DNA of 64,000 nucleotides from Euglena gracilis (Eukaryota). The DNA lies in contig CP154954.1 in assembly GCA_039621445.1 (NCBI GenBank), forward strand, positions 16,634,140-16,698,139, written 5' to 3'. The notes under the pieces were generated by a model. It had not been told where the DNA came from, ran no database searches, and saw only the letters and a list, made by a program, of their open reading frames with translations. The translations under genes and the position numbers were made by a program. Shown piece after piece: positions 50,851 to 62,200 of the stretch. Position 1 is the first letter of the stretch; every line of letters starts with the position of its first letter.

Positions 50851-53290
50851 CATTCTGCATATTTATGTCACGTGAAGGTTCCGTTTGACATATGCACATT
50901 TCGGTGCCTTATAAGTGGAAGTGTTCTGAAAAGGTTCTGTCATGCCATGATCATTGTCTAAGAAAACTTGGGGCAAGGTTTTTGAATGGCTACCAGTTCC
51001 AATGTGCGACAGAGAACGGTGGCTTGTAAATGTGTCTTTGTTTTGACCTCCGTATTTGGCTGTCTCTTCGCCCTAAACGGTTGGCATGCGCACTTGCGCA
51101 CACCAACCATTGTGGAGGCAAAACTTTTGCAACTTGCGTGGTGAAGAAATTCTGGTTTCAGGTAATAAGGAATGTTCAGTTGAACAAGCTCTATGACAGG
51201 AGAAAACTGGTCCATCTGCAGGTTTGTTTGTGTTGTCTCCAACCCACACAGCCCATCGTGTTCACGCCATCCGTTTGGAAGGTGCGTGGGAGGAACTGAT
51301 GAATTGGAACCCCCGTGACTTTTGGACACTTTTCTTCAAAAAAAAACGAGTTCCAGAATTTCAAAATTGCACATGTGTAATCTTCCGGTTATTTCGGCCA
51401 GTATCATTTTTCTGTTTTCACCACGATGATGTCTCTCTTTTTTTTTCCATCAGAAAACAGGAAACACGCCAGTTTTTGTGCATAATATCTGTGTGTTGAG
51501 TTCCAGTACTTTCTCACACCCCATTAATCCGCAAAAATTCAATGTTCTCTGTCTCCAAAACAGTGGGATTTGTGGCCACATTTATGATGCTGCAATTTTC
51601 CATTGTTTCCGTGGAGCTGCAGCATGTCTGCCCCACCCCCCGTCTGCTGTCCCAGTTGTGGTGGATAACACGACCACCCCCGTGGCTCTGAAGGGTTGAT
51701 GACAGCCTTGTGGCTGCTGAAGCGCCATCACCTGTCCTCAGTTGGGCATCTGTTTCGGCAAGCTGGTAACCTGTAGGGAATGATTATCACGAGTGAAGAG
51801 TGAAACATATCTCTTTTTTTGAAAACTCGAGCTTTACACTTGGCTACTTGAGCCTCCCTGTCTGGTTGACTCCGCAGAGGCTCCTTCAGATAACCGGGAA
51901 GGCAGGTTGCATTTTTGTTTTGCAGGTACACAGGGTTCGCACCCCCCCCCCACCAGCCCAACACCCATTTTTGGTCATTTCTGGGATTTCTTTTGTGGGA
52001 CAAAGTCAGCCAAAACACACATAGAAAACCATGTTTCCACCACGGCACGCAACGCTGAAGGAAAATATTTTATTGTCGGGGGGACCCCCCAGACCACCGG
52101 CACGATCATGTGCACCTGCGCACGTAGGGACACCCCACCTTCACGCGCACACTTGCGCACAACTTGAACCCACAATCGCACGCATATGCAGACGCTTGGA
52201 GGGTAAGTTTGGGCGGCGTGTGAATCAGCGCTGGGGCACCCAGAACGGTCGGCGACACTCGCCACTAACCCCCAGTGGCTGCAGGACCACGAGTCGGCCG
52301 CCGAAAAACTACGGAACACACAGCAGGTGACAGGAACACACCCCCTTCGCCGCCCGTGTTGGAAATCCCGAGCCAGATGGACCCACACCCAGCACCGAAC
52401 CGCGCGAACCTGCGCCTGTGGACACACACACTTCGTGCCCACTTGAGCACGACTGAGGGCAGGTTGAGGGACCCTGTGACCCGGGCTGAAAACCCAGGCA
52501 GAGACGTGATGCTTCACGCAAGTGTCGTGCGTATGTCCGCACGTTAGTCACCCCCCAGCTCTTCGTCTGCGCGGCCCTATTTTGAAGCCCCTGCCAGCAA
52601 GCACGTCGCAGGGAGGCAGCCACTGTCCAGGCAGCACAGCACCGGGCTGAGGCCTTGAAGGTGGTCATGGAAGAGGGGTCTTTGGTGGCCGGGGTCGCGC
52701 GCATGTGCGCCTAATTGGGGGTCTTTGAGGAAAGAATCACATGTCTGAAAATGTGATGAACGGGGGGTTAAACCTCATTGAGCAACACGGTAGAAACCTC
52801 CCACACTATTGGTTCTGAAACGCACCTCAAAACGCCCTGATTTATTGCGATAGCTGACATTGGTACGGCAGTCGCAAGGAGGGGGGCGGCGCGTATGACC
52901 AACCTGGGGTTGAAGGAACCAAGTCGGTGGCAGGGGGGGGTACATGGACAAGGCCTCGTTTTTTTGAATTTGGGTCCCTTCTTTTTGGGCAAGTCCGATT
53001 TCGACTGGTGTTCATGTTGTGTGCAATCCAGAAACCGGGTCTGTGGAGGGGGGGTATCTCAAAAACAGACCAAACCTGCAACCCCCGACCAGACCGAAAG
53101 TTTTTGGTCTCCCAAAACAGTCAAAAATGCCATTTTGGGCACTTTCTGGGCAAAAATTTGTCAAAAAATCAGGGGGGATTGATTTCGGAGACCTTCGGGG
53201 AAATTGCAGGAAAATTGCAGAAATTGCAGAAAAAATTGCGGAAAAATGCAGTTTTGGGAATGAGTAAACCCCCCACTTCTAATTAATAAT

Positions 53291-53965
53291 TAGTAAACCT
53301 ATCCTATAACCCCCCCACGTATACCCCCCCCCTGGGCCCGACCACCAAAGCGTGACTATAATCTCTAATAATAATAATAATTAATATACATATCCCCCCC
53401 CCTAGAGGGAAAAGTGGCTAAGACTTAGGCGGCGTAAATTGCCCATGACAAAATTGACTGAAGTGGCACCCGGAACAGTAGAAAAATGCTCCAAAAAACA
53501 GCCAAAATTTTCGAGTTGTGCATCAGGACAGAAATTTTTCAGCGTTATTGCGTATGTAACAGACGAAGCGGAAAACCGCTTCGATAATTTCTGAAATTTA
53601 TTTTTAGTAGATTCACAGGTAAATACGAATAGTAAACCTATCCTATAACCCCCCCACGTATACCCCCCCCTGGGCCCGACCACCAAAGCGTGACTATAAT
53701 CTCTAATAATAATAATAATTAATATACATATCCCCCCCCTAGAGGGAAAAGTGGCTAAAACTTAGGCGGCGTAAATTGCCCATGAAAAAATTGACTGAAG
53801 TGGCACCCGGAACAGTAGAAAAATGCTCCAAAAAACAGCCAAAATTTTCGAGTTGTGCATCAGGACAGAAATTTTTCAGCGTTATTGCGTATGTAACAGA
53901 CGAAGCGGAAAACCGCTTCGATAATTTCTGAAATTTATTTTTAGTAGATTCACAGGTAAATACGA
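53291..53965. repeat. Tandem duplication of ~338 bp at the left end of element 2
   Basis: 53291-53628 and 53630-53965 are nearly identical, and each contains one GAAGCGGAAAACCGCTTC. Confidence 0.95.
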
Positions 53966-56194
53966 CGCAGCAAAAAGGTTGCAGAAAACCTACCACAATC
54001 GACACACAACGAATGATGTCATCTGTCAAGCAGACACACAGAGACAGAAAAATAATATATACATAGCAAATACCTGCGAGCAACTAACGAATCAGTATAA
54101 CAAGGAAATTTAAGTAAAATGCCGAATGAAGCGGAATACCTCTTCATCGACACCCAGAGTCGTGATATTACATTAAGTGCAACTGAATCAGAGGTAACAG
54201 GAATACATGTACAATTATGCTGTACAGGATAAAAAGGAGGAGAGACCACGTTGCACCTTTGTGATCAACTCGACCTGACACCGACGTTGGCCACCGTCGG
54301 TGTCGGTTGTTCCTGTGGGCTGCCGGGGCCGCAAGCGGCGGAAGCAGGCACCTGGCAGCCCCGTGGCTCCCCGCCTTGCACTGCCAGAGACAGACTGGTT
54401 TTAGGCCTAAACAGAATGAAAAACTAACATTTGAGGTTTGTGGTGCACTTGGCAGTTTGGTGGTTGTGTAGTGCGCGGAACAAATGCGTAGGTCCATGAG
54501 AAGCAGATAATGAATACAAAGCAAGCGGTTTTCCGCTTCCTTTGCACGTAATGGACACAATTTCACAAAAAGGGGAGAGGCTGGACCGGGTCCAATTCAC
54601 TTCCCCGTACCCCTGAACGGTGCCCAGCCGTCAGGGGTTCAGTTACGGCTTTTGCTGGACCAGGCAGGCGAGCGTACAGTCCAGGCTCCCCGTTCATCGC
54701 AGTACATACGCGTTACGTAGTGTACGATGAATCTTGCGCATTGCACTTTGTGGTTCAGTCAAACGTTAAACGGTTAACAACATCGCGCATCGCATTGCAA
54801 TGCGGACGAACGCACTCAGAATACAACGACAGAATGAACATGAAGCGGTTTTCCGCTTCTTTTTAATAAGATGAGCAATATGCTTAATGTCCATCGCGAG
54901 GTGAGGTACATAACTGTTTACCGGTTGCATGTACCATGAACAGGACACCAATCGTCATCTTAGCATCCAAATTGAAGAACTAAGTTACAGTGGTGTACCG
55001 AAGTCAAGATTGGTCCACTGCAATTCGTTGTGCACGTATCTCCGCCTGTGCTACGACACTTGCGCTGAGTTCATCGAGTCCATGAGAAGTCCTCTGCAAA
55101 CATGACCTTGGCGGAGTTTTTATTATCAAAGTCAGGATGGAAGACAGTTTTATATGTCCAACAGATGAAAATGAAGCGGAAAACCGCTTCACCTACGCCT
55201 GAAATCGCGATGCCGTCTGTTCATACCGAGTGATGTGACCACAAAGTACTACATTGTCCAGACCCCATGCATTCAGGTAGTTTAACTGAATGTGCTCTTC
55301 GGGCTGCCGCTGGCAATGGCCAGCAAAGGCCGTATGTGGCGGGGACTGCCCACCCCTCCCACGTACTGTCTGTGGTTCCCTACCAGTGACAGCCTCCTTT
55401 TTTGCTTTTACTGGAGGCAGCGGGAATCCACTTCATACGTGTGGGTAGCGACTGTGATCACCCAGGCAGTCGGGTTCATCAGTGCAGATTGGACTCAATT
55501 TGCTGGACGATGTTTACTTTCTGGTGCAGTGCTAAGTCACATTGGTATGGACAGCTGAAGAAAGACGTGAGGTCAGTGTATATACCGAGATCAAGATACT
55601 ACATACGCCTGTGATGTTGTGATTAGTTGGTTAGTCCGCAGGGCAGGGTAGTGACTGTGATCACGGCAGGCAGTCAAGCAAATGTGGGTAGTGACTGTGA
55701 TCACCCAGGCGGTTGTACCAAAAAAAACATGCATTAATTTAAAATGAGACAGAATAGGAAGCGTTTTTCCGCTTCCTGAAAAAATGGAAGAAAAAATACG
55801 TAAATCCAACCCTACGTTTCTGAATCGCGAGGTTTCTAACCGACGTAAAATGGCAGTTGTACCACCAACCACATCAATTCACCATAAGTTCCTAGGTACT
55901 CGTGTTTTGGGAAGGATTTTACCTGACATCGCGCTCTGGATGCGCCCATTTTGAGAGACCAACGTCCTGTTGCACCCCCCGTTTCAAAATAAGAATACCC
56001 TTACCAAACAGCACCCCAAAAACAGCACTACCGTCCAAATGAAGCGGAAAACCGCTTCATAAATGAAACTATAAGCTATTTAACAAACAGTTCTGAGTTT
56101 AATGTGTTATAAACACCAGATTGCCAAGAGGAAGCGGTTATCCGCTTCCTTTTCTGTCAGTATATCCGTATCTGCCCATTGAAACAGAGAACAC

Positions 56195-58927
56195 ATGCCC
56201 GCTGTTGCATCGCCTGTCCAATTGGTCCTGAACATTCGGGGCCTTCGCGCCTATTTGCAACATGGCAGGCCTCGTTCGGGATGGGACCTATTTTACGATG
56301 CTTTCGTAGCTCGTCAAGTAGGTGCCCAAGCAATTGTTTCACTGTGCTGCATGGTGCGGCTGAATCGACGTTCACGTCGCACAGTGGAAGCGGTGCGGGA
56401 GGCCTACATGCGGTCTTCGTCTCACCGTCCACGTTGGCTGGGACAGCTCGCCACTGGGGCGTATGCTGTGTGGCGTACGCTGCATCGACATCGACATCGA
56501 CATCGGCATCGACAGGCACAACCCCTTGCAGACCCCAGTACAGTGGCCGAGAACAATCCCAGCATGCGGGCACTGCAGCAGCTTCCGAGGGCAATGCGGA
56601 GAACTCTACGGCACACTGGCATGGTGGGTTGTACGGAGGTGCCGGTTGCAGCCCGGGCAGCAGTGGCGGAGCGGGACATCCTGGCCTCCCTGCGGAACCA
56701 CCAGGTTGTCCTCTGGCTGGACAACTTCTGCTGGCTATGCTGGGGAACGGACCCGGCCACCCCAAACCTGAGCCAGAACCTCACTGCTTTTGGAACAGTG
56801 CAGGGTATAAATCATACTGATGTGTGCATGATTCAATGAATCACTGGTTGGATCCTGAAGCAGTTAAGAATTAAACGACTTTCGGTGAATGGTAATGAAG
56901 CGGAAAACCGCTTCATTAATACTCAATATGTTTGCATGGTTGTTTGTGGTTCAACTGTAACAAGTAAATGATTCAGAAGCATGGTAACACCCGTACTTTG
57001 CACTGATGACGCTTTCTGCAGCTGGAGAACCTGTTGCACCGACAGGGGACGAGGACACGTTCCTTGACCTTCCCGGTGTCTCCAGGACACCCAGAGCTGA
57101 GCGACCTGATTGGCAACTTGGAGGTGGTGGCGTCCTCCTGTTGTACCGCATCGTTGCTGCTGCACCAAGCCGTGGGTCGCATACAACGGATGCAGCTGAC
57201 GGAGACGAGTATCAGGGTGCCGCTGGATGTGGCGCGGACCGACATGCGGTCACTGCAGTGGCGTCCGCTGTCGCTGACCGAGCAGGTGGTGTTAGCCAAC
57301 CTGGACCTGCTGCTGGTGCTGCAGACGGCGAAGTCACTGCAGCACCTCACTCGTCGCCAAACGCCTCTCCTGGTGGATGAGAACATCCACTACCGGTGTA
57401 TGCGGCTGCTGTACTCTGCATCGGCATCGCGGTACTACGTGTCCCGCTATCTGGCCGAGGTCCCCCTGTTGTACGGCATCTGGCACGCGTACAAACACAC
57501 GGTGATCGTCGTGTACCGGGCGTTCTTCCCGGTGCTGGCCCACCTGGAGGTGTCCCCTGGTGACCACCACTTGACGTGCAGCCTGCGGAGCCACCGGAAA
57601 GTGCTGTACATGGAGAAGCTGTTTGCCAGCCTTCTGTTGTCCCGCGAGTCGGTCATGTCCCACTCTGAGTCGCGCATAGCACCAGGGAAGCGGTTTTCCG
57701 CTTGCTTGACGTTCACTGATGCAATTTCATGATGTATGTGACATGCTATCTGCGATTCAGTAGTCAACTGGCAACCAGAATGGGAGATTGGAGTCGCTCT
57801 GGGAGTACACGAGCTGAACAACAGCAGCAACTCCGGTCCTACCTGTACCAGCTGCTGCAAGGGCTGTGGAACATCCTGGTCTTCTATGCCCCGGCCTTGC
57901 TGCACCTGGGACATGAGGTCCGACAGTGTACCTGGAGTGGTAGACCCGAGGACGAGGTGAAGGGCACCACCGTGCTGCAGAAGTGCCTCCTGCTGATGTT
58001 GCACCTGGAGCGCCTGATGAGTCCCGGAAGGCCGCCGCCCTTGGAGTACCAGCGGACCATCTCCCTGGCCCTGCTGGGGTGGCAGGACTGGATGTCCCGG
58101 CTGCTGGGCTGCGTGTTCGTGGAGGAGGCTGGTGAGGCCATGCTGTCGAGGTTGTCCTCTGCCTGCAAGCGGAATCCCCACGTGACCAGCTTCGAGGGTA
58201 CGCTGCAGCTGTTCCTGAACCTCGGCGAGCCCTCCGGCAAGGCTCACCACAGCCGTGGCAGCCTCCGGAAGCAGCTCGTGCAGGAGATGGCACGTCGTGT
58301 TCGTGGCCTGCTTGGCAGCCCTGGTGACCGTCCATTTCCGAAGCGGGTGGACAGCACAACCGTACGGTGGCTGGTGGACCCAGAGACCTACCCCACCTGG
58401 ATGGCACCGGAACCTCCACCAACGCGGATGACCACTGAGCAGCTGCTGCCCGTCCTGCGACACTCCGTGCAGACGCTGGTCCGAGGACAGCGCCTCGCTG
58501 CAGACGTGGAGGAGTGGTTCAGGACCAACGTGGGCACTGTTGATCCAGATATTCTGCAAGAAAGAGAAGAGGCGATGTACCCCTTCCTCACGCGCAGAAG
58601 AAGCAGGGCTCCACAGCGGAACATCCTCTTCAGCGTCCAGATGAAGCGGAAAACCGCTTGCACGACACGGATGAAGCGGATACCTGCTTCGATGTCAACT
58701 CAGCTGAGATGGAGGTGGCAGAGGCCTCGATCGTGGTGGGTGACCAGGAGGAAGGCAGCAGTCTGTACGAGCCACCGGAGTCCCTCTACGAGCCGCCCGG
58801 TGACTTATCGGACGGCTACGTGTCCGTGGGGGCCTCCGACGGATTGGACTGGCTGGGCTCACTGCAAGGCAGTGATATATCCGATGCTTCATCGGACGTA
58901 TCCGTAGCAGTGGTGTGTAAATGCTGA
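56195..58927 (+). CDS. Putative Academ-like DDE transposase, paralog of 3708-6631; exons 56195-56792, 57011-57661 and 57766-58927, about 800 aa, with a probable 1-nt frameshift near 58595
   Basis: Two non-conventional introns give in-frame junctions (LTAF-G-FLQL; VMS-Q-LATR). Motifs: WLDN (D at 56720), IRVPLDV..WRP, LLVD (57376), LYGIWH (~57475) and FVEEAGEAMLSRL (~58122). The acidic tail (ORF 58658-58927) lies in another frame. Confidence 0.7.
56793..57010 (+). other. Non-conventional intron
   Basis: CAGTGCAGGGTA (56796) pairs with TACTTTGCACTG (ending 57005). CAG is at +4 and CTG at -8; the frame is preserved. Confidence 0.85.
57662..57765 (+). other. Non-conventional intron
   Basis: CTGAGTCGCGCATAGCA (57665) pairs with TGCTATCTGCGATTCAG (ending 57760). 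The +4/-6 register restores the frame. Confidence 0.8.
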
Positions 58928-59254
58928 TTGCTGTTTGTGGGAGATTTCTGTTGTATATACGGTATTTGGGACACGTTGGGTTCACACGCTGGCTATTACT
59001 AACTAATACATAAGCAAATATGGGCATACCGGACCATGACCACTACAGACAACAAGAAAAGGGATGCCTTTTTTAAACATGGTGCTGTTTGGTCCAGGTT
59101 GGCAGTGTAAAATGGAGAGTGTTTTGAAAACAACAAGCAAAATCAAAAAAAATAACCAATTTTGTTGGGTTTTATAAGTTCTTTTTGGGAAATAAATGAT
59201 GCAAATCCATTCAACTCAGCTTTATTTTCCACAGATTGGATGATTATGTACATA

Positions 59255-59277
59255 TTTTTCGATTTTTTTCTTCACAG
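59255..59277 (+). promoter_or_regulatory. Candidate spliced-leader trans-splicing acceptor (polypyrimidine-CAG); similar sites end at 56160 and 63927
   Basis: TTTTTCGATTTTTTTCTTCACAG lies 10 nt upstream of the ATG at 59288, with no obvious upstream exon. Confidence 0.5.
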
Positions 59278-59287
59278 ACCAGTACAC

Positions 59288-62200
59288 ATGCCTGCGAAGA
59301 AGCTGGCGAAGGCAGACACCACGGGACAGTCGATCCCGAAGCTGCTGGAAGACGAGGAGATGTGGCTGCAGAGGGAACAGGGTTAGATTTGTGGTTCCTT
59401 TTGGTGAATGAACATACATTCTTCAATGAAGCAAACATTCAGAAGCATTGACAGATAAAAAATCACTTTGGTCAACTAATGAAGCGGAAACACTCTTCAT
59501 TGCTGTGAATTGCATTATTTCTCCCACAAAAGAAATATATCTTAACTAACCCTGTAGTCGGGCAGCTGGTCCTGGACGTTGACCTGAGCCGGGGGCAGGT
59601 CCGGTGGCCCCGTCAGGAGCACGTGAACGACCTCATCACCGAGCTGAAGAACAATCCGCCGCAGGAGCTGGTGCTGACAGTGTGGCCGGAGAGAGGTGTC
59701 CACCAGCCCCCTCCATATTGTGTTTGTCGTTCCTGTGGATCAGACCCCCACACGTCAAGTTGGTTGTTTGCCGGAAGTGGGTTGGAACTTTGGACATGGG
59801 TTCTGTGTTTCTCTATTTCATCATATGGAAATCATCATGCGTTGTGTGGGGCAATGGATCGTTTCTGAATGTGTTCCCCTCTTCTCAGCTACGGGGAAGT
59901 GGGTCATCCTGAGTGGTCAACATCGTTTCCTGGCCGCGTCGGCCATCGCCGACGCCGCCATCGCCGATGCCCGGCGGCCGCCAGCCTTCACGGAGAAGTT
60001 CCGGTGCAAGGTGGTGAAGGAGAACACCAGCATCATCGAGCGCCAGCAGCTGGCCGGCAGGTTGCAGGCCATGGACGGCAACGTCATGGACATGACCCTG
60101 GCGGACCGCCTGCACTGGCTGCTGAAGGAGGACACCCACAACCGGGAGATTGCCGAGGCGGAAGGGGTGGCGTACAACCCCACCAAGGCGGAGCTGTTGA
60201 AGAACGTGTACAGCAAGACGGGATGCCGCGAGACCGTGGACGGTGCCCTATGTTCTGTCGCCTATGGATGATTGTGCAGCCCAGAATGACTATATGATAT
60301 TTGATGATTGATGGCATATTCAGTTTGTTGTCAGTTTGTTGTTGGTGGTTTTCAAATGCGATCGCAAAAGGAAGCGTTTTCCCGCTTCATTACCCTCCCG
60401 TTTTTAATTTTTAACCTTCTCAGGGTACGTGGGTCAAAGCCATGATCCCGGTCACGGAGTGGGTGCTGCAGAGTGGGACCGAGGCTGTGGAGGTGGTGAA
60501 GAGGATGGAGGCCCGTGGTGGGGACCGTGTGTCCCCACACACGTTCAAGTGCCTGGAGGCCATCTACCACCCGGACGACTACGCGGAGCTGGCCCAGGTG
60601 ATGTTGGACGAGAAGTCCAAGCCCACCACCCAGCGGCTGGTCCAGTCTCCACATTTTGCATTCCACATCTGGCGGATGGTTATAAATCCCGAAAATAAAG
60701 AGGGACTTTTCATCAACAACGCAGACAGGAAGCGTGTTTCCGCTTTGTACATAAACTTTTTTAATTTTTAATGTATAATTGTGTTCATAGTGTTCACCCA
60801 CTCATCCAAAATACAAAATGGAGTCTGCTGCCAGGCAGGAGACGGCGAAGCTGGTGCGCCGCAGGACCTGGACGTGGCTGCTGCAGCACCCGGAGCTGGA
60901 TGCCGACGTTCTTCACCCGACCAGAAGTGTGTGCTGTTTAATTATTTGCATTAATCATATGCATGCACGTCTAAGAACTGCTGGCTTTCTCCATTTTTGA
61001 TAACTGGTTCTTTACATGGATAAAATTCAGTCTGTATCATGAAGCGTTTTTCCGCTTCACTTTGCCAATTTGTGTTTTTTTTTGCAGAGGACCTGGCGCA
61101 GGTGGCCGCGCTGGAGACCGCCCTGCAGCCGGAGCACGTGAAGGTGCCGATGACCGGGGTGAAGTGGAGGTGGTCGCCCGAAGCCCCCTGTGCGGGGACC
61201 AACTTCTGATTTGTAAAAACAATTCTCGTTTCACAGCCTGGAGTGAATGCACCCCTCCCAGTGAATGCATGCACACCCCTCTCTGATGCGATGTCAGTTG
61301 TCCCCCGGCATTGGCCACCCGTCGAGGTAGTACGCCGCGCGCCGCTGTGGGCCGACCCCCTGTACGAGGGACTGAGGCAGCGGCTGCTGGGCCAGGTGAT
61401 GGAGCCCGTCGTCAAGATCGGGGGCGTCTTCGGCACCCTGGACCTGCACGGCATGAGCCTGCCTGGCCGTGGACCGTCAACGCCCGGCAAACCAAAGAAA
61501 CCGGAGGAGGAGGTGTCCAGCACCCAGGAGATCTCCACGCCGGGCCGGGCCTCGGCCAAGCGGGCCGCCCAGCCTGAGGTGCTGAAGACCGGCCTCATCC
61601 ACGTGGTGCCCATGCAGTCCACGGACAACGCCTGGCCGAAGGACCTCCGTCTGCTGGACCTGGCAGCTGTGGTGGTGGAGGTGGAGCCCCAGCAGTTCGC
61701 CGACAATGACAGCGTGCATACCGAGGTGTTCAGGCTCATGCTGACGGGGGTGCCCATGATCGCCGTCGGGAGGGACATCGACCTGCGAGATCTCCAAGCG
61801 CGGCTGACGAAGATGCTGGCCAGTGAGATGACCGTCTTCCGCAAGGACATCGTCCTCTTCATCCCGCAGTCGGGGCCCGACCCGGACTGGATCTGGGCGC
61901 GAAGGACCCTGTCTGTGATCACCACGAACAAGAAGACGATGAAGGTGCACCATCTATTTTATTTTATGATGAAGCGGAAAAGCGCTTCCTGTTAATGAGA
62001 GCAGTTCTTTTCTTTTCTTGTCTATGTCATAGTGAATGCATACATGTACATCGTACAAAACAGAAAATCCTTGTCCCTTCCCGTCGTAGGACCCCGGCCA
62101 GATCACCTTGCAGGGGATGCACCAGGTCCCGGATTGCACTTAGCATGCCAGTTAAGAATGTTGTCTTCAGTTTTCATACTTCAAGCATGAACTTGTGTCC

